This document shows, one piece after another, positions 1-12,500 of a stretch of DNA of 64,000 nucleotides. The notes beneath the pieces are model-generated. The model made no database searches. It was not told the origin of the DNA and saw only the letters and a program-made list of their open reading frames with translations. Source of the stretch: a virus. The position numbers and the translations under genes are program-made. The DNA lies in the IMG/VR virus record IMGVR_UViG_3300045738_002037, positions 92,697 through 156,696 of that record, one strand, 5' to 3'. Positions within the stretch are counted from its first letter, which is position 1. Each line of letters opens with the position of its first letter.

Positions 1-634
1 CCGCATGCGCATACCATGAATACGGATAACGTTGATTATTGATCATATAAATAAATTTACATTTTAATCCATCATACAACATTTTTATATAAGCCCAATC
101 AGAATCAATTATTTTCCTTATAACTGCTTTAGGGGCGTCCCATGTCTTTCTATGATTTTCAAACCATATTGGGATATATGGAGGAGGCGGAGCATTACTA
201 TGCCACGCAAATTCATTTTCATCATTGCCACAAGATTGGCGGAATATTTCTTCTGGCAAAAACACAGAAGGAGTCCTGTTTGGCTCCATTATTTGCAATA
301 TTACAATATCGGGTTTAGCTTTTATATAATCAGATAATCTATACTTATAGTGAACATATGTTCCCCCGCCGCAAAGCCCACAATTCCATACATCATCATT
401 CGGCAATAAAGATCCCAAAATAGATGGATACGCATGTTGCGGCCTTGCTATCTCAGGATTATCAGTTGATGCGGCGCGGCCCACGTCGGCAGTTGTAAAT
501 GAACAACCAATGCATAATATTCTTCTTTCTTTTCTATTTGGAGGCTTTGGATTTTTTATTAATTTAACAAACAAGTCCCCGGATTTTACGTGGGACGGGC
601 CAGAGAATTTAGAGCCAGGGTTAAAGTCTGGCAT
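1..634 (-). CDS. SGNH/GDSL-hydrolase-like protein, runs off the window edge (not in the supplied ORF track)
   Basis: Manual translation from ATG 634: MPDFNPG...RILCIGCSFTT...YPSILG...VWNCGLCGGG...KPDIVILQ. The frame is open to base 1. GxSxT and NxGxxG blocks match SGNH hydrolases. Confidence 0.6.
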   Translation of the reverse strand, partial: MPDFNPGSKFSGPSHVKSGDLFVKLIKNPKPPNRKERRILCIGCSFTTADVGRAASTDNPEIARPQHAYPSILGSLLPNDDVWNCGLCGGGTYVHYKYRLSDYIKAKPDIVILQIMEPNRTPSVFLPEEIFRQSCGNDENEFAWHSNAPPPPYIPIWFENHRKTWDAPKAVIRKIIDSDWAYIKMLYDGLKCKFIYMINNQRYPYSWYAHA

Positions 635-656
635 TATCAACGGATAATAGCAAGAA

Positions 657-1022
657 TCATTCATCCTCTTCGCACAGCCCTTTTATAATATCGTTTATAT
701 CAGCATATTCTATATCATCATCATTCATAACTTCGCTGGGCAACGCCGGGTCTATTAAAACGTCTGTAACACCGCCCAATAAACTAATTGCTTCCAACAC
801 TTCAACCGCTTTACTGGCCTCCGCACAAACTAATAAACTTAGCGTTCTAGATTCACCAAAATTTTCTCTCAAAAGGACATTCATCTGAGTTTGCCATAAC
901 CCAGCTTTTTCGGCATTTGTAAATATCGGCAATATAGCAACGCCATCTTTTTCATACGAAAACAATTTCTGATTCTTCACGAAATTGCCGTATCCAAAGA
1001 CAATCATCGGCATATTTAACAT
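657..1022 (-). CDS. hypothetical protein, weak SseB N-terminal-like motif
   Basis: 121-aa ORF in a co-directional run; contains LPIFTN. Confidence 0.55.
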   Translation of the reverse strand: MLNMPMIVFGYGNFVKNQKLFSYEKDGVAILPIFTNAEKAGLWQTQMNVLLRENFGESRTLSLLVCAEASKAVEVLEAISLLGGVTDVLIDPALPSEVMNDDDIEYADINDIIKGLCEEDE

Positions 1023-1062
1023 GATGCACCTTAATTAATGCCAAATAACAAAATTGCATAAT

Positions 1063-1488
1063 TTATCTACAATCATCCTGCAAAGCAATAATGCTTACAG
1101 AATAATCTGATACTAACAATACGCCCTGTTGAGTCACCAAAGTCAATTGGCCTTGCACGCCGTTTCTCTTTGTGAATATTAACGGAATACCATAGCGTTC
1201 CAGATCACATTCATGGACTATCTTCCCAGGACCATAAGACACAGCGCCGGTTAACGTAATTCTCTTAAACGGTATGCATCCCGGAACATTTACAGGATAT
1301 CTCTTATGAATAACGATTTTAACATTATAGATATTTGTTATTATTAATTTGTTTCTATGTATAAATGCAAAAGTAAAATCTTCTAAAATATTAGGAACTC
1401 CATGCTTCTCATATTCTTCTGGAGTAATAATTTTAACATCACTAAACGACTGCCCGTCTGTCAACGAAATTAATGCGGCTTTATACAT
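1063..1488 (-). CDS. hypothetical protein with an apparent internal two-fold repeat
   Basis: 141 aa; ISLTDGQSF..KII..EEYEKHGVP resembles ITLTGAVSY..KIV..CDLERYGIP. Confidence 0.6.
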   Translation of the reverse strand: MYKAALISLTDGQSFSDVKIITPEEYEKHGVPNILEDFTFAFIHRNKLIITNIYNVKIVIHKRYPVNVPGCIPFKRITLTGAVSYGPGKIVHECDLERYGIPLIFTKRNGVQGQLTLVTQQGVLLVSDYSVSIIALQDDCR

Positions 1489-1577
1489 ATTATATCTCGA
1501 AAATTGATTTTAATAACTTTATATTATTTTTATAACAGTAGTTGAAGGCGATTTAGCCAACAAATAAAACGGCAACA

Positions 1578-2258
1578 TTACTCATTAAGCCCTTCTTGAG
1601 CTTTTTCTTCCACATAATCCTTAAAATATTTATGCAATATTGTGTTTAATTCATCAAAATCAACAGCAACAATATCAAATATGCTATGTTTTTCGGCGAT
1701 ACCGGCGGGAATCGTCCCGTCCCGCACGGGGCGATTTGTGCCATCTCGCGGAAGACCTGCCAGAGGACCATTTTTCGCATATAATGGTTCATAATTTATG
1801 GCTGTTACTTTACAGTCAGTTAATTCATTATAATCAGGCGATCCTGGGTAATCATAAGTCGAAGGTTCGCCAGGCTGATGATCCCAGTCCAATTCATACT
1901 CTAGATGATAAATAGCATCGCTAGCGTATTCATCTTCTATATTATCTAACGGGTTAGTCTTATCTTGCTGTGTCTTATCTTGCTGTGTTTTTCTTTTTAA
2001 AGGCACAGGCACAGCAGGATACTCCGGCACATATCCAATTTCTTCAATATCAATAGTATTAGAAGGACGCGTCCAGCCACTTTGTTCGTCTCGACCAGCA
2101 TCTTCGTCTCGATCACCATATTCGTCTCGATCAGACCTCGAAACCGCGAACTCGTCAGCGTCTTCAAGATCTTTATATTCAGAATTAAACTTATCCGGAT
2201 CTTCCGTAATGAACATAGCAAGTTGATCGATAGTCTTCTTATCTATTTTCTTATTCAT
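1578..2258 (-). CDS. tag-family protein (ITEDPD / EYKDLEDADEF / NPLDNIED) with acidic payload
   Basis: Carries MFITEDPD, EYKDLEDADEF and an internal NPLDNIEDEY, all shared with genes at 32.6-41.3 kb and 62 kb. Confidence 0.8.
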   Translation of the reverse strand: MNKKIDKKTIDQLAMFITEDPDKFNSEYKDLEDADEFAVSRSDRDEYGDRDEDAGRDEQSGWTRPSNTIDIEEIGYVPEYPAVPVPLKRKTQQDKTQQDKTNPLDNIEDEYASDAIYHLEYELDWDHQPGEPSTYDYPGSPDYNELTDCKVTAINYEPLYAKNGPLAGLPRDGTNRPVRDGTIPAGIAEKHSIFDIVAVDFDELNTILHKYFKDYVEEKAQEGLNE

Positions 2259-2288
2259 TTTATGAAAGCCTCAATAAACACAGCTTCA

Positions 2289-2972
2289 TTAAATTTCCTG
2301 AGCTATAATGTCCCCTTCATATCCCCTATTAATACTTCTACCGGGACGTCCTTCTTTACCTGGCCTCTTAGCACCCTTCGAATAATATGTAGGCTTTAAG
2401 CCTTTTGATCTATGATAAAGTTCATTAGACAAAGCTCTTAAAAGTTTTGCGTAGTCATTGTCCTCGCCATACATCCATGAAGGTTTGTTTCCTAAAGCCT
2501 TTTTTTCTGGGTCCGACAATCTTTTAAGAAGGGCAACTGTCCAATCGTAAACAACTTCGTATTTCTCTTCCCAGTCTCGTTGTTTATCTGTAGTTTCGGG
2601 GTGATGACCCCATTTACCTTGCGTATCAGCAGCAGACATCGTAGCGGGCACATCGTCTTGCGCATCAGCAGCAGACATCGCATCAGCTACTTCTTCAGAA
2701 TCGCCGCTCGGTTCTGCCTCTGCCTCTTTATCCTTTTTACCCCAACCTAACTTTTTCTTTGCCCAGTCTAACGGCCCTTCATTGATCAATGCGTCAGTGT
2801 CTTCAGATAAAACACGAACCACACCTACCATATTATGCCATGCGACGGCCTCAGCAAGCTCGTCAATAGAATCAGAATATTTTACAAGAGTGCACTGAAG
2901 ATGATTAAACTTTGCGGGTTCATCGCTAATCATAGACGCGATAAGACTAGGATCAATCTTTCTGTTTTGCAT
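2289..2972 (-). CDS. divergent tag-family protein, possible head-associated protein
   Basis: N-terminus KIDPSLIASMISDEP resembles KIDPKQIAKMITEDP; internal VLSE and LINE motifs. Confidence 0.7.
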   Translation of the reverse strand: MQNRKIDPSLIASMISDEPAKFNHLQCTLVKYSDSIDELAEAVAWHNMVGVVRVLSEDTDALINEGPLDWAKKKLGWGKKDKEAEAEPSGDSEEVADAMSAADAQDDVPATMSAADTQGKWGHHPETTDKQRDWEEKYEVVYDWTVALLKRLSDPEKKALGNKPSWMYGEDNDYAKLLRALSNELYHRSKGLKPTYYSKGAKRPGKEGRPGRSINRGYEGDIIAQEI

Positions 2973-3141
2973 TTTTCTTTTCCTTTTTATTGCTTAAACC
3001 CATCTTTTTAATGTATTCGTCCCTTTGTTTAGGGTCCACCAAAAAAGATAAGCGTTCATCATCTCCTTCATCACCAACAATGCTGTTGGGATAATTAGCT
3101 ATTACTTTCCAATGACCTTCCAAAATACGATTTAATTTCAT
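2953..3141 (-). CDS. small protein with MKLNRILE leader
   Basis: Leader nearly identical to MKLSRILNE of 36685..37245 and 37242..37892; overlaps both neighbours. Confidence 0.65.
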   Translation of the reverse strand: MKLNRILEGHWKVIANYPNSIVGDEGDDERLSFLVDPKQRDEYIKKMGLSNKKEKKNAKQKD

Positions 3142-3524
3142 TACGATGTAGACAAAGAAACAACTGGGTCAACAGCATGATTGGCGTACCCCGCAGAGCC
3201 AACCTGTAACAGCCCTGGCAATCGTAACCATTCTTGTTGACCATGATTCCAACCAGTTTGCTGGCCGGAACCACTTTCGAGTCGAGTTACAGACTCACCG
3301 GTTAAAGCTGCCTGAGCTTCTGCCGTTGTAACCCTGGCTTTATCATCTTTAACTACAGTAATGTTCGATGGATATGCTATTTTGCCTTCTTTGTTTGGCG
3401 GCACTTGCACAAAACCATTAATAATTGGAAAATCCCTGTATATGTAAATATTAGCCATATTATTTTTCCCTATGTGTTTAAACATCTCCCCATGTGATTC
3501 ATAATTTATGTTTGGTCGGGCCAA
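3141..3524 (-). CDS. hypothetical protein, possibly structural
   Basis: 127-aa ORF overlapping the end of the giant gene and coupled to the next gene. Confidence 0.65.
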   Translation of the reverse strand: MARPNINYESHGEMFKHIGKNNMANIYIYRDFPIINGFVQVPPNKEGKIAYPSNITVVKDDKARVTTAEAQAALTGESVTRLESGSGQQTGWNHGQQEWLRLPGLLQVGSAGYANHAVDPVVSLSTS

Positions 3525-6500
3525 CGCATACGATCTGGAAGTATTTCTCTAGATGTTATACGGTCCAAAATTAAGCCCTCTCTTCTACTAACATCCATAG
3601 ACTTATCGACCAAAATAATGCTCATGCCCGTGGCCACTACAGTATCATATGATGTAGCCCGTAACCTATTACCTACCCTTAAATAAGGAGCATACTTATT
3701 CACGTCATATCCTTTAGCCCTGGTTAATAATTTAACTGTTGCAAGTGACCCTTCATATGTTCTATTTGGATCAAACAAATCCCTTTCTAACTCCAACCGT
3801 ACGCTTTTATTGGCGGTTAGAACTAACGCACAGGGTTCTACAATAACTTCTTCAAAATCTTTAGGATCAGGCACATATTTCTCGGGATAATCATAAGGCG
3901 GAGGCGGAACAAAATCCAAGCAAATTTCCGTCTGCAATGCCTCTGGTAAACAAGAACTCCCAAACCCAGACCCAGAAATATTACCTAATATAACACCTCC
4001 ATCAGAAGCATTAGTGGATATATCTGGCTCTTCGGTAGTCGTGGATGAAGTAGTTGTCGTATGAGGAACAATCTCATCGCATATTTCTAATTCTAATTCT
4101 AAAGACATAGACAACAATTTCGTGCCATTATATCTAGGCGCTGAGTCTTGCGCCTCCGGATTATCTTCACAATCCGGATAATTAGGACAAACAATACCGC
4201 CTAAAAGTAATGGACGAGCATTGCCATTATTGAAATCAATGGGCACAATCCCACCGTAAAAAACTGTTGAAATTTTATCACAAAGTCTTATTGACCTACC
4301 GGCAAGATCATTCGCATCATATGGGTCAATACCGTCAATAATTGGATGGCCACTTATGGGTCTAGCTTGCCACGTGCCAGCATTTGTAACTCTGTCTTGC
4401 GGGTCTGGCCGCATCTTGGTACCCAATGCTTCCAATATAGCACGTGCGCGGCTAGTGTCAGCAACCTCGTATTCATATACCACAACCACTCTGCGACCTT
4501 CACCTAACAGCATCCAATTTTTAATATTCTGAACATCATCTGGGCTAAGCACTGTAAGTGGATCTATCATGACAAGTTTGGCAAAAGCCAAATCTCTGCC
4601 ATTCGAATCAGTGCCAGATATCGGGCCAACATGCCCGCCTTTAACATACAAACCTTGAGCAGCTGGAAATAAATTCCGTGACCCAAAAACCCGCAGCATA
4701 TTAATCGGATAATTTCTGTCATTTTCAGCAAATGATTTATACCCCACAACATTAACAACACTGGCGCTTGCTCCTACTGTTGGATTGCATTCCGGATAGA
4801 GATTGACCATAAATTGTTGGTTTTCTCGATTATTTGCAAGTCCCGAAAGCCCCGTTTGGCCGCCGCGACTAAAAGATTCATACATCAAAAAGGTAGTATC
4901 CGCTATAAGAACCACTTCGCCTAAAATATCACCGCCGTCAGACAGCGGTATTGTTTCTACTGCCGCAATAATATTATTGGCCCCGCCAACAGATGCCCTA
5001 CTCCAAGATAGCCTTCTAATTCCAACAAATAAACCATTCAACCTATCGCAGCTACCATCAAAAACTTCCGGGCAGACATCTATTTTGTTGTCGTGCGTCA
5101 CGCGGACATCGCGATCTTCCGCCCATGTCGACGGCAATTGTCGCGGGTTAATATCAGAACTTCTTGATATAGTTCTTCTAAAATGTTCAGCCGCAAAGAA
5201 GCTGTGATTTGGGTTTCTACATGGCGATGGATACACTTTGCTAATTTCAAACTGATCTATTGCACACGGCTCCCCATATGGGCTATAATTATGTATATCC
5301 TTATACAATGTTATTTCTGTGCCTATGCCATCGGACGGCAACAAATCAAATTGTTGTTGTTGAATATTGTCAAATTTCAATGTTAATGTTGCTTTGTTAA
5401 TAGCAATAACTTCATTCCAATTCACATCAACATGTGGTCCGGAATTATCTCCAGGATTCATGTCAACACCATTGAAACCAATTATCAATTCACGTTCTGC
5501 AAAAATTTGGCCCCAACTTTGCACAAATTTACCATCATCAGGGTCAATAATATTTGGATAAAACGGACCGATGCCATTATTAACCACTGTGCCATTAGAC
5601 AGTGTATTATATCCACTAAGCCCAGACCAGACTAATCCCGGAACTGTCATTCTTTCATCATTATTATGATCAGCAGCACTTCCAGTCGTGACAATTGGAT
5701 TTATTAAACAACTACCAGCGGGGCTGCATGTTTCAGTGGGCGAATCCCTAAAGAAATCAGCATGCGGTTTAAGAATTACATTGACTACCTCACACACGAA
5801 AGGTAAATAATCACCTTGTCCGCTAAACTCCGCAACTGGCGTTTCTAATACACCAATGCCGTTTCGTGAATTAGAATCAGGAGGCATTGTGGTAGTGGTA
5901 GTAGTAGTACCATCAACCGGGCCAACTAATTGAGCTTCAACCAAATCAATAAGTAAATGGTATCCGGGAACATACGGGCCATAAGGAGCATTTACGTGTG
6001 TCCCGCCTTCTCCGGTCCATGTAGAATTATAAACTAATTTAGTTCCATCTGACGAAACAATTAAATTCGGCTTAGCATAAAACGGATCCGCAAAACTATC
6101 GGTAGAAGGATCATATCCGTCCTTACCAACTATATGATTCCCATTAGGCCCAATCGGTACTGGATCTAATGTACTGGGATCATATATTCTGCTGACCAAA
6201 TCATAAGTTGGGTATCCGCCAACAGCATCTTCCCAGCCTGCTTTTGTTTCACTTCCTTGCTCGAGACCCAACAGTATTCCGCCAGTTAGGTTTAATAATT
6301 CATTTTTAATTCTATCATCAATGCTGTCGCCGCCACTATAAGCTACGCCATTAAATGATGACCTAGAAGTATTGGCACCAACATCATTTAGCAAAATAGA
6401 ATAGTTATCAACTTTAAGCACCGCTGATGTTATTAAATCTAAATCCGTATCTTTATTTAACCAATCATTTAACCCGGTCGCCGCATAACTGTTTACAAAA

Positions 6501-9500
6501 GATGTTACCGGCGTTCCCGAAATTCCGTTCCAAGGAGGATCACTCCTACGAGCATCAATTGACACATCATAATCAAACCCACCATCTCCTGTCAGATGTG
6601 CATTTTTAATCAACTCATTATCATTTAAATAGATAGCAATCGTTTCAGCCGACTGGCTTCTTACATACAATAAACCTGTAAAATCTGTACCGTCATGGCT
6701 ATACTCGTTGCCGCCTTCTAAATTAGATAATCTATTTTTCCTATAAGCCTTCGTGAAAAGACCAGGAACAACTATATTTCCAAGCATGGCAAGTTGTGGT
6801 CCAGACAAGCCTGCGCCAGAAACCGATGCCGCATGGAACTGCGGATTATAAATAATAGAATTAACACATATTGCGCTATTGGCCATTTGACCCTGCGCAC
6901 GGGCTGACGTATTATCGAATGGCCCAGCGACTCCAATGTGGGCATACAAACACCTTTTAACCAATATATGATTTGACCCAGTTTCCGCGTCCGCTGCTGA
7001 CATTAATAAACCCGGTGCCCCGGTCGGGGAACTCAATCCTTCAGAAATTATGCAATTCTGGAACGTTATATAACGACATGTTGAACCCGCAACGGTCGAA
7101 GGCTGTATTTTAGCACAAGCTTGAAGGCCCCATGACAGTGAACAATGGTCAATCAAAATATTTTCTATAGTAGGGTCTGGGCCATGAGCAATAACCCCCA
7201 ACGCTACGCCTTGGCCGGTGGCTTCAATCCCAGTAGATGCTTTATCATGGTCCCCGTGCCTAATATAAATATTTCTAATTAAAACATTAGATGCTCTAAC
7301 AAGCAGCGCAGTTCCAATTATCGTAATGCCGGGGTCTGGAGCAGTTTCACCGGCGACAACACAATTTGGAATGTCAATATTGATCGGCAGGATTACGTCC
7401 CTGCCCGCACTTTCTCCTTGTAATTCATCGGCATTCCTAAAATCAATGACGCCGCCAACTTCAAACACAATTATTCTTGGCCCTTGAGTCGTTAATGCTT
7501 CATATAGCGATCCCGGCCCTGTTGGCGATAAGGTAGTCACTTTCAGAACATTAACATCGCTGACATCAGAAAATTCAGTTGAAATATTACCTTCGGGTTC
7601 AGGCAATACCACTGCTGGTTTACCACCTGACCCAGGAACCCCCTTGGTCCACGCATTCGTTCTAGTGTGCGTTAACCGCACCATGCCGACATTCGGATCT
7701 TCTACATTGTAAGCAACAATTTCATCTCTATATAAACCACCAGTTATGTTAATAGTGTTGTCGGCATTATATTCTCTATCCGGGCCATAGGCTACAAACG
7801 CATACGCGGCGTGAAGTGTGCTAAAATCTCTCCTACCGCCAGACCGCAGTCTAATCGGATTTTGCAAACCGGTTATATCGTAAATTTTAGCTTCGTATTG
7901 TTGAGACTCAAATTTAACACTCGTTGGATTAGACAATGCCGCCCAATTGTCGGGACAACTCCAAAAACCTTTCCTTGGATTTATTTCATAGCTAACGCGA
8001 TCTTCAAATTCACTACTTTTAGTACAATTAAGAACAACTATACGACCAATTCTACCATTAGGATAAATATCATCTTTGCTATCATATAATGGTATAACAC
8101 CGCCAGCAATATGGCGTAAAAGATCAGCATCTTGCAATTGGACATCAAAAGCTGGCATCACAACTTTAGCTAATGCCACACCCGTGGCTGTGGCCGGTGG
8201 GCATACTTGTAACGATAAGATCACGCTGCCATCGCCGCCAAAACCAAATCGCTGGATATGATCCCCTTTGGCTATATCGGCAGTCCTTTCATAGGCCATG
8301 TGGTTAGCAACATAAACATACTGATTGTCTAAATCTAAAATAATATCATTGGGTGATTGTGGGCCAAGGCTATAATGATAATTAAATAGAACCCCGCGAG
8401 GAAGACGAGAACCTACCGTAGAGACATCAGACCCATCAAAGTCTAATTTTAATATTTTCGCAGTTCCATGTTCAGGGTACCGATTGTCGTTGGTTCGCGG
8501 CGGAATTGTCTCTACGGTACTAAGATAAATATGTTGATTTTTAACATCCAGATCAATGCCTCTTACATTATCGATCCCAGTTAAACCATCACGCAATATG
8601 ACCTTGCTGCTTCCACTAAGATTAGCACGGCGCAATCGGCCAGGATAAGGACCATCGGCATCAGCTGTGGCGTATTCAGTCCAATACATATGCCCATTTT
8701 CAAGATCCAGAGCAAGCCTCGATGGGCGATATAGTCCCAAATGCTCAAGCCGACTGGCACCACCATCAACTAACGGATGACCACTAGATCGCTTTGCCCG
8801 CCAGTTGCTGCTCGCTCCTACGTGGACATTTTTCACCGTTATACCAACATCTAATTGTTGAACTAAATCATGGTATGCGCTTCCAGTCTTATGGTTGGCA
8901 AAGTCAGAGTGATGGCCGCCAAGTATTACCAATCTTTTATGGCCCAGTGCCAGCCAATCCTTAAGACCACTTATATGATCTGAAGATAACGGAGTATTAC
9001 CCCATGGGTCTATGAACAACAAATCAATGCTGGCCGGAATTGGCCAAGAGAACACTTTTGTTTGACTGCCCGTCATATTCGGGGCAAATGAGTGAGATTT
9101 TCTATATGCCTCGTACCCAGGGTCACCATAAGAATAATCGAATACCCCAGGACCGTCTTTTACAGGGTCACGTGCAACAGGTGCACCAAAATATCTTAAT
9201 ATGGTTCCTTCATAAACATCATGCTTCCTAGTTTCTCCAGAAGCTGTATCGGCGGACGTGTAAGGAGGGTAGGGGACCCGGTCAACGACGCCTATGCTGT
9301 CATATGCCGGAGCATCATGGGGACGACGCTCACAAACAGGATGTAAATTACGTAAGAATTTTTGGTTGTCAATGTCAAAACCAAAATATCCAGAATCTGC
9401 GATATATTTATCAAGAGCATGATTATTATTAAAACTGCAAGGTGATTGTGACGGATAATAATATTGCCCATTCCGGATGCACCGGTTTTGGCAATCTCGC

Positions 9501-12500
9501 TTATAAGTGCGGAAAGCGGCGGCGGTCATCTGCCTTTTGGCGATCGCGAGTGCCGCATCACTGCAGTAGCCTTTATATATGTGATAACGTAAGCGCGTAT
9601 TGTATTGACCGATCACTGGACTTCGGGGAGGGCGATATATGTCTTGAACCAACCATTGCCTATCAAGCATCACCACTACTTCAGACACTTTATTAACGGG
9701 CATCCAAGATTGTTTACCAACTAGTTGTGACCCAGTAGAATCCTGTATTCCATAAAACAATGATTCAACGGCAGCAAAATGGTAATTGGGTTCAGGCTTG
9801 AATGGAAAAAAGGTAGTTTTTGTCGCAGTATATGTGTATCCCAACGGAGAAAGTTGAGTACCCGTAGAAAATAGCGCCTTAGGACCGGACTGCACATTTT
9901 CAACTAAAATATTAGTAAGATCGACAGAAGCTGGGAAAGTTAATTTTGCAGAACCCCGCGATCCCGTTATCAATCGCAATGCACCGCTATAAACAATGCT
10001 TTCTATTGATGAGCCAAGATTATAAGTTTTAATATCTGATATGATGTTATCAGTTGGGGCCGACTTAGAAGTAAAATAATTCGGAACCTCTTCAAGCGTC
10101 AACGACTTTGATGATTGTAAAGGAGGATCAGTAGTAGTTAAAAGCTGCTCGCCGGAACCATCTAAATTGGCTCTTCTCACTTCCCCGCGTGCAGCGGAGT
10201 CATCCACATGATCTTCAAGCCAATACATCTTACCACGGACAACATCTAATGCTATGCCGTGAGGATTTATGCTTCTTCCTCCCGGCGGCGTTATATCTTC
10301 CACATTTGTGCCGTCCAAGTCAGCACGCATTATCTTGCCAACAGACGGAACAGCACCTGCGGGATTAGGAATTGAAGAATTCTGAACCGACGTAGCAATT
10401 GTCCAATACATCTTTTGATTGATGTTGTCAATTGCTATATCCGTGGCACCATCTTGATCGCTCACTAATATTTCATCGTTTGGAGCATCAAGCCACTTAT
10501 TCTTGCCCAATTCTAATCGTTCCGGGGGCCAACGACGTATAGTGTTGGGTAATCCGTTATTATCCGAGTTAGAAACATAGTAAAGTTTCTGAACTGTAAT
10601 GTCCGGAACAGCAGTGGTAGTGGTAGTGGTAGTAGTCCGAACCAATCCCGTACAATCATAAGAATCCGCTATTGTAACATCGGCCCAACTGTCAGAAGCT
10701 ATCGCTAAAAATTGATCTGGAGCAGCAGTCGTTATGTCTAAAAATTTCTGGCCATATGCAAATGATAAAGCACTAATCTGATTTAACGGTATAACACCTC
10801 TGGTAGCACCTCTGTCTGTTAACAAATGCCCGCCTTGATCAGTGCCTCTGCCATCCAACAGCCCAGTGTCTAAATAAGAAAAATTATGGGGTCTAATTCC
10901 ATAATCTTTATAATCTGCCACAGCATTTCCGCTAGTGCCGGGTCTATAAATAGGACCCACAAGGTTATCAACTACAGTTACTCCAGCGACAACAGCAGCA
11001 ACGAGCGGTATGAGTGTACGGCGAGGTTGACCCGGCTCGCAGTTGTAACCAAAGGCTTTACTCTCAGCGCGATTTAACCATATGTGGGGATTGCAGTATG
11101 TCCCTTCTTGAATAATTTCAACTCTCCCCGTGGGTTCCATGTAGCGTGCGGGACGCGAACCGAAAACTGTTCGCAATCTATCATATGCTGCCAAATAATG
11201 AATAATTTGATTTGTACCAGCAGGCGGTGTATTACCCTTTGTGCCGCTCCACTCAACATCGAAAACTACAGTATACACATCTGGACGACCAGGCCATCCA
11301 CGCTCAACGATCTTGCTGCCAACCGACCGGCGGTAGGTTTCTGGCTTTCCCCGCGCTTTCACGTTGCTAACAAATCGAACCACGCATGCGTCCGGGTTCT
11401 CTGCCCACACACGATTACCATCAGTTGTGCTCCTATGGTAATTCAGCCCAGCTGGCGAGTAATTGTTAAACTGGCGCTCCATGTATTTTTCAAACTTGCT
11501 ACTGGAATAATTATTTTGCCTGTCGTTGCCAGTCAAACCGCCAGCGCTACGAAACACGCTAGCTGGTATTATAGCAGTGCGGTCTGGATGATTTTTGTAA
11601 CGTTTAAAAATCCTAAATGACGCATTCGAAGTATTCGACCAGCTAACTGTAAATCGCTGTATCTCATTTTGACCTACTAGAACGTTCGGTTTGCGGTCAA
11701 CGCTCGGTTTGCGGCTATCATCCGCAAATGGCCGGGACCAAGAAGGATTCGTTGCTTTATAAGCAAAATCACCAACATCAAACATCCGCCATATGTCTCT
11801 ACTTTTACCCTGAACATCAACGCCAGCATATTTTACAAGAACGTGCCTGCCATCTTGTGAAAATTGTAAAGATTCTTCATCCGGGCCGACGAAATAATTT
11901 GTTCCATCAACAGTGACAATATCCTGTCTGACATGAATCGTGCCGGGGTCTGATACTGACGCAAAAAGCTCAGTAGGCCAAAGCCCAGTATCTTGGCCGC
12001 CAATTCCTGTAATGAATGATGTAGCGAAAGCAGGATGGTTATAATAGCTCTCGTATATTTCTCTTTCATTTACTCCTGACAAATTAAACGCAGCAATAAC
12101 TTCTTCACCATAATCACTTGTTGTAGATTCTAGAATTGAATTAAGATTAATAATATAAAGCCATAGATCGCCGTTATATGCGCCATGTGCTGTAACAGGA
12201 CGATTTGTAACATTGTCCGTCCATGTGTCATTGCTGCCAGTGCTGCCCCCAGCAGCATCGCATCGAAGCCCACCGACAGTATCGCACGACCCATATGGCG
12301 TTCCTATAACCGCCATATATGATCTTTCTACACTCTCGCCATTGTCAAGAACCACAGTTTTGTGAACAGGAACACTGCTCGCGCAATTTAAAATATAAAA
12401 AGGAAATCTTTTTCTCTTTTTAACTGGCGTTTCACCATCAGTGTCAAGTTTAATAACTTTTAATATTCTTCTGTCATTTGCATCTATCCCAACAGTAAGA